64,000 bases of DNA from Lama glama (taxonomy: Eukaryota): the NCBI GenBank assembly GCA_028534125.1, contig CM052832.1:15006001-15070000 (forward strand), read 5' to 3'. The notes beneath the pieces were generated by a model. That model was not told the DNA's origin, ran no database searches, and was given only the letters and a program-made list of their open reading frames with translations. Made by a program: the position numbers and the translations under genes. Positions 12,999-25,010 of the stretch are shown in pieces; positions within the stretch are counted from its first letter, which is position 1, and the number at the start of each line of letters is the position of its first letter.

Positions 12999-13239
12999 TT
13001 GAACGAAATCCCACCCCAATCACATTGCTCCTGCTGCCTTCTGGAGTCTCAGCTTGTGGCCCTTCCCCTTTCCCACACCACTCTAGCCATAATGCTGCTG
13101 TTGAGATTCTCCTGTTCTGCCCTGACTCAGGGCCTTTGCATGTGCTCTCCTCTCTGCCTGGATAACAGTTTCCTGGCCATCTCCATCTCATCCTTCAAAT
13201 CTCAGCTGGGATGTCACTCATGGAAGCCTTCCCTGACTG

Positions 13240-14258
13240 TGGTGGCATAACTAGGTATTCAATTACCAGATCAGATTGTTGTTGTTTTTTAAAAATATAA
13301 TCATCATGGTAAAAAATAAAATAAAACAAATAGTACCAAAAAAAGTAATGGATTAATACTTTTTAATTACATTAATACATATTTTTGACAAAAAAGAAAA
13401 TTGTATACCTACATTCATTGCAGTAATGAGTAATACTATTTTGTTTTGCAGTCTTTTGTAAATTTGTCAATGACTTGACAAAATTATCTTTGCATATTTG
13501 TGTTCAAGAAATAGCTTAGGCATATTTGTCAATTTATCTTCGATCATAATTGACCAAAGAATATTTTTTACTAATTTTTATTTGGGAATTTTTTTTTCTC
13601 ACATGAAGCAATAGATAAACAGATAGTTAGGGAAAGACTTACATATAAGGATAAGTTTGGCAAAACTTCAGAAAAAATCCATTTCACAATAAGTTCCAGA
13701 AACTGCAGTTTCTTCGGGATTGATTCTAGCAGCTTTCAAATACCTTTTTCTCAGTTGAAAAATTTTAAACAAATAAAAGTTCCAAATGATCACATAGAAC
13801 TCTGCTACCAATGTTTATTTCAAACTTACTGTTTAAATGAAGGACAGTACAACAGGGATTCCAGACACAACTTTCCCCTGAAGTGAACATGAACAATTCT
13901 GCATCCACATGACCATGGGTAGCTGGGTTCCTGAGCATCGGGTGTGGCTAAATGACTGGGAATTCTCCCAAGTAACTTCCAAACAGAATACAATGCTCCT
14001 TAAAGGATAAGTAATAAAAATGTGCTAATTTGAAACTTACATATATATTATTAAAAGTCAACAGTAACTGAAACAACGGTTGAGATTTTAAACCATTTTG
14101 CGGGGAGGACTTTGTTTAGAATTACTGGTACGTAGTGATAATAAAAAGCAGACTGACTTTTAGTGGTTTCTTATTGTTTTAGTTTGTTACTGACAACACC
14201 CCCTCTTGCCTGCGTCAGGGCGCATGCTCCCACCACCACCCTCAGAACACGCCCCCTG
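13240..14258. mobile_element. AT-rich DNA transposon remnant, possibly hAT-Tip100 type
   Basis: About 1 kb AT-rich block inside L2-like flanks with degenerate ends gtggcataactag / cacgccccctg. Confidence 0.4.
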
Positions 14259-14568
14259 CTCTGCACATGTCCCTCTGAGACTTGTGCCTCAATTATGAGT
14301 GTATCTGTGTCATGACTTTTCGTCATCTGTGCCCCATTAGACTGTCACTGCCTTACCCAGCTCGTGGCGGAGTACCTGACACCCACTACAGAGGCCCGCA
14401 GTTGAATAAATGCAGGTGAAGAACCTGGCACACAGTGTGTAGTGAATAAAGGGTGGCTGTAATCCCTATTATCTGCAGCACATCTATACTCTGAAATATA
14501 TAAACATTTGAATGCCTCCACATTTAACATCAGCAAAATGCTGCCTGAATTTTGAAGCATGGATTTTA

Positions 14569-14754
14569 TTTTTTTTAACATTTTTTATTGATTTTATAAT
14601 CATTTTACAATGTTGTGTCAAATTCCAGTGTAGAGCACAATTTTTCAGTTGTACATGAACATATATATGTTCATTGTCACTTTTTTTCTCTGTGAGCTAT
14701 CATAAGATCTTGTATATATTTCCCTGTGCTATACAGTATAATCTTGTTTATCTA
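14569..14754 (-). mobile_element. Young 5'-truncated L1 3' end with TSD
   Basis: T-rich start ttttttttaacattttttattgattttataatc; 16-bp TSD tgaagcatg(g/a)atttta at 14553-14568 and 14755-14770. Confidence 0.9.
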
Positions 14755-14929
14755 TGAAGCATGAATTTTATTTACCCCAGTCAGCAGTCACATCTCGTTC
14801 ATCTCTGGGGTCCCTTGAGCCCCAGCAGAGGACCTGGCACAAAACGGGGGTCAGTAAATATTCAATAACCAGAGTTTATTGATCATCCACTTACTAGCCA
14901 CCAGGAATTTTCTTTCAACTGCATGGTTT

Positions 14930-15070
14930 CTCCAGGGTAGGAGTGAACATGCTCATTTTACAGATGAGGAAAGTGAGACCCAGAAATGCTGGATGACTTG
15001 CCCAAGATCACAGAGCCAGTAAGTGCAGAAGCAGTTTTAATCTAGGTTTGCAGGGGTTCCAAAGCCTCAG
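14930..15070. mobile_element. MIR
   Basis: cattttacagatgaggaaagtgagacccaga..gacttgcccaagatcacagagccagtaagt. Confidence 0.8.
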
Positions 15071-15860
15071 ATCGATCCAGAACAGGGGGTATGGTGTAGG
15101 AGGGGAGGTGGCTCCAGTTCACGGGCAGGGTTGGGTGAGGGTGGGGAGCTTGTCCTTAGGACCCAGCTTGCTCAGGCACGTCCCAGGTGCCTGGGCTGAC
15201 TCCTAATCAAGCTCTGCACCTGTGCCCTTCCGTGGGTGTTGAGGTGCCCAGGTGTGGACAGGGAGGCCTGGGAGGGTGGGGGTGGCAGACATGAGTTCCA
15301 ATGACAGCAAGCTCCCACCACCCTCCTACCACCATGAGCTGTGAAGCTTGGGCAAGTCACGGAACAGGACCATCCCCATATGGGTTAGAAATACTGACTT
15401 AAGGCTGGCCTAGGGCTGGACACAGGCAGAGCTGGGCATGGGAGGTGCTCTGCCAGAGGCAATATCTTCTCTTTCTCCTCCATGTTCTCTTCCCGGCCCC
15501 GGCCCCTCCCTTTTACAGTTTAGGGGAGCAGGGTTGACCCCAGTGGGCCTTGAAGGGAGGGAGCGCCTCATACCTGATGGGGGGCACCGCCAGGACCCCC
15601 GATAATGCTGATCCAGTCCCGCCTCCTGGTTGCCCTGGATCGAAGCTGTCCCGAGGCTCCTTCCACGAGGATGTCCTGGCGGCCTGTTTTAAATCCCCAC
15701 TCCTTTCTGGCCAGCTGCCCACCAGCCCACTCCCTTATGAACTAGGGCTCTGGGGCGGGAGGGGGACTGAATGGGGATTGGCTTGCTGCATAGGCAACTC
15801 GGAGAGAGAAAGAAAAATGTAGCCCGCATGGGTCTCGGTTTGGGCGTCTCGGGCTGTTTC

Positions 15861-15877
15861 CTAGCGCCACCTCGTGG
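15861..15877 (-). promoter_or_regulatory. CTCF binding motif
   Basis: Minus strand reads CCACGAGGTGGCGCTAG, close to the CTCF core CCASYAGRKGGCRS, within a small CpG cluster (15820-15990). Confidence 0.75.
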
Positions 15878-18167
15878 TTGTGTTCGGTGTTGCCACGCCT
15901 CCCTGAAAAGGGCTGCCGGGGCGGCTGCGGCGGCGGTGGCGGCTGGCACCTCGGCTGGTGTTGGGCCAGTTTGGGCTCTTGCGCTGTGACACTGTGATGA
16001 ATCCCCAACCCTTGTTCCTGTCTTTTGAGGGAAAACCAAGGCTCTGAGGGCCCCTGAGGCCTGTGGCAAGCAGGAAAGGTGGGAAAGGAAGCACTGAGGG
16101 GTAAACTGGTCTAGGGAGGCCGGAGTGCAAGCTCAGGAGAAAAAAACACTCCACTATCCACATTATGGCTCAGTTTACCACGGTTGAATCCCACAACTTT
16201 TCCAGATGTTCATCTGTGGCCCGGTGAGGTAATCTCGCGTTTCAATGGCATTGTCCACTCTCTCCTGATTACTGAGGACAGATAGAGCTGGGGCCACAGC
16301 CCAGACTCTGTCACATGTCCAGGACTGGGAACCCCGAGTGTGATGGTGGAACAGAGACAAGCTTCCTTGGCCAGCCCTGGTCACCCTTGGACCCTCTGGC
16401 TTTGAGGTAGCTTAGGCGTCAGCAATGTAGTGTCTGGTCATTGCCCTGAGACACCTCCAGGCCAGGCAGCCAAGGGCAGCGGGACAGCAGTTGCCCTGGG
16501 GCTCTCACCAGCAATGTCCAGGGTTGCTCTGGTCCCCACTGGAGGGTCTGGGAATGAACTTCAGGAGAGGGTGTGGGCATCTATTGGTTTGCTGGCTAAA
16601 GTCCCAGCCCTCAGCCTGCTCTGCAGGCTCCCATGGTCCAGGGGCCTCTAGCCCACCTCGCTGGAGTGACTTCTTGCAACTTCTTGCCTTCTTTCCACTT
16701 TAGTAGCATTCACCTGTATTCACTGCACGCTGGCTTCTGTGACTTCATGGCTTTTGGGCACACTCTTCTCTCCACTCTGTTTTCTCCTCAACCCAAAGAA
16801 AAACTTAAAAAATTTTATCAGGCGGGATTTGCATATAAATGAATGAAAAAAGGAGGAAGCCCAAGCTCAGCTGTGAAGGAGATCAGATGAAGGCCCCAGG
16901 AGGGTCAAACGAACAGAGCGTCTGGCCACAGTCGTCCTGCAGCTTTCCTGAGAGGACAAGAACCCCTTCTGAAGGTTGGTGAGTAAGATCATGAATGAGT
17001 CCTGAAAACTTGGGGCTCCCTGCAGGTCCATGGGGAGGCCTGCATCTGGGTGTCCAGCAGGAATGGGGAGGGCAGCAGGCTTCCCTGAATCTCTGACTTG
17101 CAGGAGGTCAAAGCATAAGGGTCCCAGCTGACCCGGGTAGCTGGGCTCGAGGGCCGAGAGGAACCTCACCAGCAGGTGATGGAGAGCAGGCGGGAGTTGC
17201 GCCAGGCTGCCTTTTTGAGCACAGCATCTCTTCTATATAGAATCAGCATTTGTTCTCTTATCTAGGAACATATAGACTCTATTTTATTTATTTTAAAAGA
17301 CAGCAGAGGCATCTCACTGTGGTCTGGCTGCCCTCTGCCCAGTGCCCCGCTGTGACCCTGGACTCTCTTTACTCCACCTTTCCCGGAGTCTCTTCCCCTC
17401 TGCTTGGGGGACCCTCTTTACTGTACCCCAGGTCGTCCTACTGATGGAACGCATCCCCCGCTTTCTGAGAAGGGCTGGGATGGGGGAAACCTTTCAAGAC
17501 AAGGCAGGGCCGCAGAAGCCTGGACCCTCACACTTGCTTGCTAGTGTGGCTCGCTATGGAATTCTGGGCTGGGAATCACTTTCGTTCAGAATGCTGAAGC
17601 CAGGATGCACTGTCTTCTTGCTTTCAATGTTGCTGTTGATCAGCTGGAAGCCATTCTAGTTTCTGACCTTTTTTAGGAAAAAATGTGGCCTATTTTTTCT
17701 TCTTTGGAAGCTGGTAGAATATCTGTGTCTGAAATTTCATGATGTTGGGCTCTGGTGAGGGTTTATTTTTATCCGTTGTATTGGCACCTGTTGGGCCCTT
17801 TTAGCTTGGAAACGCACATTCTTCAGATCAGAGAGATGTTCTTAATGCTTGTTTAAAAAAAAAAACCAAACAAACAGCTTTATTGAAATATACAATTCAC
17901 CCACTTAAAGCGTATAATTCGATGACTTTTAGATATTCACAGAGTTGTGCAATAATCACCACAATCAATTTTCATTACTCTGAAAAAGAAGCCCTACACC
18001 TTTTACCCCTCCTTTATCTCTCCATTTCCCTCACCCCTAGGCAATCACTAATCTACTTTCTGTATTTCTATGGATTTGCTTATTCTGGACATTTCAAGTA
18101 AATGGGACCATATAATATGTGATCTTTTGTGTCTGGCCTCTTTCACATAGTATAATGTTTTCAAGGT

Positions 18168-19062
18168 TGTGGTATTGTGATTTATGCTAAGAAGTATATA
18201 TTTGGTCTCCCATCTGTGGCACAGATCTCCGAAAACCCTTGGAATTTCCTAAGTGGTGAGAGCGATAAAGGTGTCTTTTGCTGTTAATGAGGTGACTTTT
18301 GGACCCCACCTAAGAATGGGGGCTGGTTGTCAGGAGAACCACCATGTGATTGGAGGGTTAGAACATTCCGTCCTGCCCCTTCCCCACCTTGGGGAGGAGA
18401 GAGGGGCTGGAGATTGAGTTCAGTCACCAATGGCCAATGATTTAGGGACTCATGCCTCTGTAATGAAGCCTTAAAAACCCTAAAGGACAGGGTTCGAAGA
18501 GCTTCCAGGTTGGAGAACGTGTGGAGATTTGGGGAGAGGGGTGAGGACATGAGGGCTTCGCTTCTCTTCCCAAGTCCCCTGCTCTATGTATTTCCTCATC
18601 TGGCTGTGGATTCGTATCCTTTAATATCCTTTGCAATAAACTGATAATCTAGTGAGTAAATGGGTTTCCTGAATTTTTTGAACTGCTCTAGAAAATTTTT
18701 TGGGTGAGGGGAGGTAATTAGGTTTATTTATTTTTTTTAATGGTGGTAGTACTGGGGACTGAACGCAGGACCTCATGCATGCTAGGCATGCACTCTACTA
18801 CTCCCTCCTTGCTCTAGCAAATTAATCAAACCCAAGGAGAGGGTTGTGGGAACCTCTGATTTACAGCGGGTCGGTCTGAAGCTGGGAGTGGGGGAAAATT
18901 TGAGGATGAGCCCTCGACCTGGTGAATGTGATGCTGTCTCCAGGTACGTGGTGTCAGAATTGAGTTATAATAGGATACCCAGCTGCTGTTGGAGAAATGT
19001 CCTTGGTGATGTGGGGGACTTCCCACCCCAACACGTTGGAAATTATGCTCAGAACCCTTTTA
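18168..19062 (+). mobile_element. MER21-like ERV LTR
   Basis: Starts TGT; aataaa near 18636; imperfect 5-bp TSD aaggt/aagat at 18163-18167 and 19063-19067. Confidence 0.75.
18698..18809 (-). mobile_element. tRNA-derived SINE (camelid-type)
   Basis: gtactggggactgaacgcaggacctc..gcactctactact (B and A boxes reversed); TSD tgctctag(a/c)aaatt at 18684-18697 and 18810-18823. Confidence 0.85.
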
Positions 19063-19301
19063 AAGATTCATTCATATTGTAGCGTGTATCAATATTTCAT
19101 TTCGTCTTATGGCTGAATAATATTCCATTATATGGATATACCATGTTTTATTTGTCCCTTTATCAGTTGTTGGACATATGAATTGTTTCCACTTTTTGGC
19201 TATTGTGATTGAATAATTTCCATCCTCCTGTTTTCTGTTTTTTTCTGCCCTGTCCTTTACACTTCCTATAATTTGGATGTTGACTTTCCTGATTAATTTG
19301 T

Positions 19302-19730
19302 GTAGGAAGAGAAAAAGTTGAAGGACAGCAAGTAGAGAGAAGAGGCAGCCTGCCCTCCGCCATTTGGCAAAGATGTGTGTTTACCGAAAGTGGACACAGG
19401 GCCCCCTAGAGCCCTCCACAGGCAAAGGGACCCTGGCAGCACGAGGCCCTGGTGTTGGAAGGAGTCATACAAGAAGGCATTCCTTCTGTCAGGTGCCTGG
19501 CAGGGGGGAGACCCACCCCTAAGGAAAGCTCACATATGCCCTAGGACAGAGTCACGTCCCCTGGGACATCACAGTCTTGGTGCAACAAAATAGCACCCCT
19601 TAGGGGAAAAGACTTGTCCCATTTCCTTCATTCTTCCTTCCCTGATGCACACCTGAAACTCATGCTGCTTGCTGCACTTTGAGCAATAAAGTCCTTTGTC
19701 TCTGACTCAGGGTCCCTACTAACACCATCT
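19302..19730 (+). mobile_element. Probable ERV solo LTR
   Basis: Begins tgtagg; polyA signal aataaagtcctttgtctctgac near 19685; interrupts L1-like sequence. Confidence 0.55.
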
Positions 19731-20310
19731 GCAGCGGCCCTTTGACATGCCTTGTGGCTGCTCCAGCGTTTAAAATTTTTTTAAATTGTGGTAAAAAAAA
19801 GTCCATATAACATAAAAATTATCATCTGAACCATTTCCAGCATCTTTTGACACACCCCCTAAGTTTGGAGAGGGCTGTCTGTCCAAGGAAGAAGGCAGAC
19901 ACGTGCTTCCCTAGTCTCCTAACTAGAGCACAGGCTGTGATGGGGCTCTGCAGGTCAGACACTCGTGCAGGGAGACAGTGGGCGTGGGGAAGGTGGGCTC
20001 GGGCAGACCCGTCCTGGTGAGCGCAGTGGTGAGCCTGGCAGTGGTGAGCCCGGCACTGGCTCTCAGGGCTGTGGATGTAAGGGGCTGAGGTTCTGATGCT
20101 GAAGCCCCGGGCCAGTGGAGTGATCATGGGCAGCTGAGCTGACCTGGGCTCTCCGGCCCGCAGAGGTTTCACAGGGGCCTGCACTTCGTCCTTTGTTTTC
20201 CACTGCATCAGCCGTAAGGCTTCCTAATTGTTTACTTGTGACTTTACCTGTGACTTCAGTGTCTTTTATTCTTGGCCAAATTAATTGGTCTTTTCACAGA
20301 GCCAACTCTT

Positions 20311-20677
20311 TAAGAAAATTTTATTTATTTATTGAAGTGTTTTGTTTGTTTGTTTTTAATGGAGGTACTGGGGATTGAACCCAGGACCTTGTATATGTTA
20401 AGCATGTGCTCTACCACTGAGCTGTTACACCCTCCGTTTATTGGAGTATAGTTGATATACCATATTATATAAGTTACATGTGTACAGTATAGTGATTCAC
20501 AGTTTTTGAAGGTTATACTCCATTTATAGTTATTATAAAATATTGGCTATATTCCCTGGGTTGTACAATATACCCTTGTAGCTTGTTTTATACCTAATAA
20601 TTTGTACCTCTTAATTTCCTCCTTTCTACATTGCCCCTCCCCACTGGTAGCCAGTAGTTTGTTCTCTGTATCGTCGT
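20311..20677 (-). mobile_element. L1 3' end carrying a nested SINE
   Basis: ttggagtatagttgatatac..ccatttatagttattataaaatattggctatattccc; TSD-like aga(g/a)ccaact at 20298 and 20678. Confidence 0.8.
20339..20436 (-). mobile_element. tRNA-derived SINE (camelid-type)
   Basis: ggtactggggattgaacccaggacc..gctctaccactgagct; TSD tttattg(a/g)agt at 20328-20338 and 20437-20447. Confidence 0.88.
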
Positions 20678-20689
20678 AGAACCAACTTT

Positions 20690-21700
20690 GGACCTTGTCC
20701 TCTCCCTTGTATGCTGTTTCCTGTCTCTTAATTTCTGCTCCTCTCTGTCATGTCCTGAGTGCCTCTTTCCTTGGATTTTTGCGGCTGTTCTTTTTCTAAC
20801 TTGGACAGTTAGCGTGTTAATTTTCAGCCCTTCTTTAAGAGCTTAATGCCATGTATTTCTACTCAATGCTTTTACTGTATCGCCCCAAGTTTTGATGTAT
20901 TTCCACTAATATTTATTTTTAAATATTCAAAAATTACCTTCAATTGTTCGACACGAGCTATTTTGGAGTATTTAAAAAATTTTTTATTATGAAAAAATAT
21001 ATAAAAGAGAAGAGAACATATAATGAACTCCTAGGTTTCTATCAGCAGAGTCCAGCAGCAATTAGGAACATATGGCCAATCTTTTTTTCATCTAAATTCC
21101 CACACACTCTCCCAACTCCCAAACCTGGTTTATTTTCAGAGTATGTTTTAAATTCTCAAAGGTATGGACATTATATATTTATTTATTTTGTTAATGACTA
21201 ATGATGTCATTCCATTGTGCTCAGAGACTATGTTCTGCATGATACTGAATTATTAGGATTTCTTTTTTTTTAGTCATTTGTTCCATGATTAGCATGTGAT
21301 CGTTTTTGTGAATATTCCATGTGTGCTTTAGGGTAATACCTATTTGCTAATTTTGCAGGTTTCTATATGTGATTATTGGATCAAGTTTTTAATTTCATCA
21401 TCTAAATATTCTATATCTTTCCTGAATTTGTAAAATCATTTTTTTCTTTCTCTTTATTTTCTCTTTCTGAGATTCTGATAAATGTATATTGATCTTCGTA
21501 TTCTCTCCACATCTCTTAAAATCTCTTTCAAACTCTACATTTCCTTGCCTCCCTGAATTGTTTGCCAGGTGATTTTTTTGAATATAGCTTCAGCTCACTA
21601 ATTCTCTCTGCAGCTGTATCTAATATACCTTTAATAAGGTTTATAATTTCATCCATATTTTTCATTTCTTGAAGTTCCATTTTGAAATCTATCTAATTAT
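20690..21700 (-). mobile_element. Ancient L1 fragments
   Basis: T-rich degenerate L1-like sequence, e.g. tttttgtgaatattccatgtgtgctt. Confidence 0.55.
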
Positions 21701-21774
21701 GATGTCCTAATTCCCAAAGCAGAAGATCATTTATCTTCTCTAATAATTTCCTTTCTACTTAAACCATCCTGCAT

Positions 21775-22195
21775 GGGTGTGGTTGTTTGCACTAAATATC
21801 AAATATGAAGAGCGATTCTCCCCTAGTGGTATCTATCCTTTTGTCTGCAAGAAGAGCAGCCCCTTCTTTTGGAGAACTACTTGTTTCTTTCCCAGCCTGA
21901 TCACATGACTGGTAATCATGGAATTCTGCCTCTCTTCCCTGGGAATTTCTGAATTTGAGTGGGAAGAGAAGCTTCTTCCTCTTCAGGGCAACACCAGAGG
22001 ATGTGAGCTCAGTGAAGCTGAGGTCATGCTTCCCCCGCATGGGGAGAAAGCTTGCAGAGAATGAAAGCCTGCTGAGAGATCAAAGAAGGTTCAAGAGAGG
22101 GTGGAGATTACGTCATTCCTCTATTATCTGTGGTCTGCTGGTGTGAGCCAATACATCCTCCCCGTGCTGCTCAGGTTTTCTGTCTTTTGCAGTCT
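21775..22195. mobile_element. Old ERVL LTR (LTR16/LTR33-like)
   Basis: tgatcacatgact..ctgggaatttctgaatttgag..gtgagccaatacatcctc..ggttttctgtc. Confidence 0.5.
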
Positions 22196-23119
22196 TGCCC
22201 CTTACATGGTGCGATGATGGGTGGTTATTATTTTGTTTTCTGCCTTTCTGTATTTTAGAAGTTTTTTTTTTCATCTATATACTTAAAAAAAATTTGAAAA
22301 AATCTATTATGAAAAAATCCTGCATTCATTTCTTTGGTAAAGCAAATAACTTCGCCTTAATGTTTTTGTAAAATGAGATCTCCATATGTTGGATTTGGCT
22401 AAAGCAGGGACCCATGGAGTGGGTGAGGAATCGTGTGTCCATTCTGTTGGTGGTGAGTGAGACATACGTTGCCCATGAAAAGCAGCCTGGCCTTTGTTGT
22501 GCCACATGTCTGGTGGCCCTGACAGCAGGGGCGGTGGCTTCAGGGCTCTTTGCACCAGTGCCAACCTCTTCCTCTGCCTCACTGGGCAGTAATGTTTTTG
22601 AGGGGCTGCCTCAGTCAACTGGTGTCCTCAGCACCCAGCCCTGAACTTGCAAGAAACATCTTGATTAAGTGACTTTGCTGGACCTCAGATTCTGAGTCAG
22701 GCATCCCATATGCTGCTTTGACTGGTTCTGATACAAACAAGCTGTGTGGTCTTGAGTAAATCATTTAGCTTCTTTGAGTCTCAGTTTTCTCTTTTGTAAA
22801 ATGGGCTTAATAATTGGTCCTCCAAGGGGTTGTAAGGATTAGCCACAACATACAGAGTCGACACTCAGTGAGTTACTATGATGGGGGAGAAGGAGGGGGA
22901 AATGGCAGGAGCTGACAATCTCGGATTGCAGGAAAGGATGCTGACAGACACCCCTGTTGTCACTTAGGAATCAAAGCTGGGACAAGTAAGTGTTTGGATT
23001 CACATTCTAGGGAAAGGAGACACTACTGGGTGGCAGACTGCCTTCCAGCGCCTGTTTAAAAGCCGCTGAACCAGTTTGGCTTCTCTGGACTGGTAACTTC
23101 TTCCATTCACCAGTAGGGA

Positions 23120-23300
23120 TGGTGCATTACTGAACTAAGTAACTGGGGGAAGTTACCTCATTTCCCTGAGCCGCAGGTCCCCGCCTGTAAAATGGTGCCC
23201 ACCTCCCAGGATTGCTGTGAGGATTAAATGAGCCAGTGCATGTGAGAGACAACAGTGAGCAGGACCTAGGTAGCAATATATGTGTCTGCTATTATTATTC
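23120..23300. mobile_element. MIR
   Basis: aagttacctcatttccctgagcc..ctgtaaaatgg..gtgaggattaaatgag. Confidence 0.75.
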
Positions 23301-24864
23301 TTGTTGTTGTTGTTACCCCATCTCCTACCTACCCCTCAGTTCCCACCTGGGTCTGTATGAACAGGAGCTTAGGAAATCCACAGAAATCAAGGGCCAGGGA
23401 GAGGGCCAGCTATGGGGGGAACACTAGGGACTCCTCTCTGAGATGCCTTTGGAAAGGCGAGCCAGGCATCTCATTCCCTGGCTGGACATCTGCTTCCTCG
23501 GGTTCAGGCTGATCTTCACCCATGAGCACCTGAGCAGGAGAAAGAGGAGTAGACAGGGTAGGGGGCGGAAAATGCAGGGCCAGGATGAATGAGTCTCCCA
23601 TGGCCAAGTGGACCCTGAGGGACGGTTAGGGCCATTTTGCTTGTCTCCCTGGGGGAGTGCTGGCCTCTGGGCAAAGGAACCTTAGCAACAGCAAAGGTGT
23701 GGTGGACCCTGGGGTGGGTGCTGAGGGGTGGAGCGAGCACAGGGCACTGAACAGGCAGGGGACCCTGCCAGCCTACAGTCCCACCCATGAGATGTTAGCC
23801 ACACAGCAGGGTGATACTGACACCCCCAGGGACATGATTCCAGCAGGGGACAGTGAAACTGAGCTCCTCACCTCTCCCCTTCGCTGCAGGCCCTTTGGCA
23901 TGGGCTGTAACTGGAAGGAGGAAGCAGGGTCCACTGTGAGGTGGAGTTTATATTGGCAGTGGATGTGACTAAACATTTTTGCATCTGAAAATTACGAGAG
24001 CCCTGGGACATGGTGGGAAGGGTTGGAAAAGAGGCCAAAAGCTGGATTTGAGGGCGAAAATCGAAGTGTTTTGTGACAGAGCCCCACTGAGCTGAGCCAC
24101 TGGGGGACCTGGTGACCCACACAGCCTCCCGGAGGGCAGCCACTCCTTGCCAGGTGGCTGGCTCAGCAAGGGCCCTCGTTGGGGAGCAACACAAGGAGCC
24201 AGGGGTGGGTGGTCCCTGGGGTGGGTGGCCCTGCTCTTACTGGGCACAGCGGGGTGACTGCTGATGTCGAGGGAGCCCTCCTGGGCCAGCAACCCCAGCC
24301 AGGAAGTCCTGTCCCAGAGGCCGCAAGACTGAACCCGCTGGGCCTGGGGCCAGGGCCTCCCTCCCTCCGTAGGGGTCAGGCTCAGGTCAGGCTTGGCTGA
24401 CAGCAAAGGGTCCTTGGAGACCCAGAGGAGCAAAGCCCCTGGACTTGGAGCGCAGGCAGGAGGCCCCGGCCAGGGCAGAGAGACTAGATGGTGGGTCCCC
24501 TGGTGGCCCCGAGCCCAGGCCTGGCTGAGGGCACTGGTCAAGAGGCAGCAGCGTGGCCGCCTCAGGCCCCAGGGCTCCAGAGAGAACAAAGCTGGAAGGA
24601 CCATGGACAACACCTGTGCCTGAGACCGGCTGAGGAGAGCAGGCCAGAGTGAAGGGGCCGGGCTCCCAGAGGGCTCTGGCCGAGCCTGGTCTGTATCCAG
24701 GTGCTGCCTGGCCGGCCTGCAGTTTACGGCCTCTTGCTGCATTTCCCTTATCTTTGCTTTTGTAAGTCAGGCCTTTTAGTTTGAGCCTCCAGTTTGCTGA
24801 GTGAATGAAGGTGGGCTCTTCTCAGGAGCTGTGTACACCTGGTAGAAAAATGTTTCCAAAGACT

Positions 24865-25010
24865 ACCTTCCTGAGCCTCAGTTTCCTCACCTGTAAATGG
24901 GGTAATAATATTTACCTGAAAGGGTTGTTTGAGGGATAAATGAACTTGTGTAGAGGGTCTATCACAGTGCCTGGGACACAGCAGGTGCTCAATAAATGGT
25001 TGGTGATTAT
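24865..25010. mobile_element. MIR
   Basis: ctgagcctcagtttcctcacctgtaaatggggtaataata..agtgcctgggacacagcaggtgctcaataaatg. Confidence 0.85.

Larger units (their letters stand above)
17875..19215 (-). mobile_element. L1MB-like 3' end split by an LTR
   Basis: cagctttattgaaatatacaattcacccacttaaag..ttttcaaggt, resuming at tcattcatattgtagcgtgtatc near 19068. Confidence 0.85.

Noticed and set aside
20015..20059. Short tandem repeat of gcagtggtgagcc units
   Set aside because: Only about three imperfect units with no spacers; an ordinary micro-duplication, not CRISPR-like.
20355..20425. tRNA-like A/B boxes
   Set aside because: Part of a SINE with TSDs and tail, not a tRNA gene.
23969..24742. 257-aa minus-strand ORF
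   Set aside because: No recognisable domain, GC-rich context, no splice or retrocopy hallmarks.
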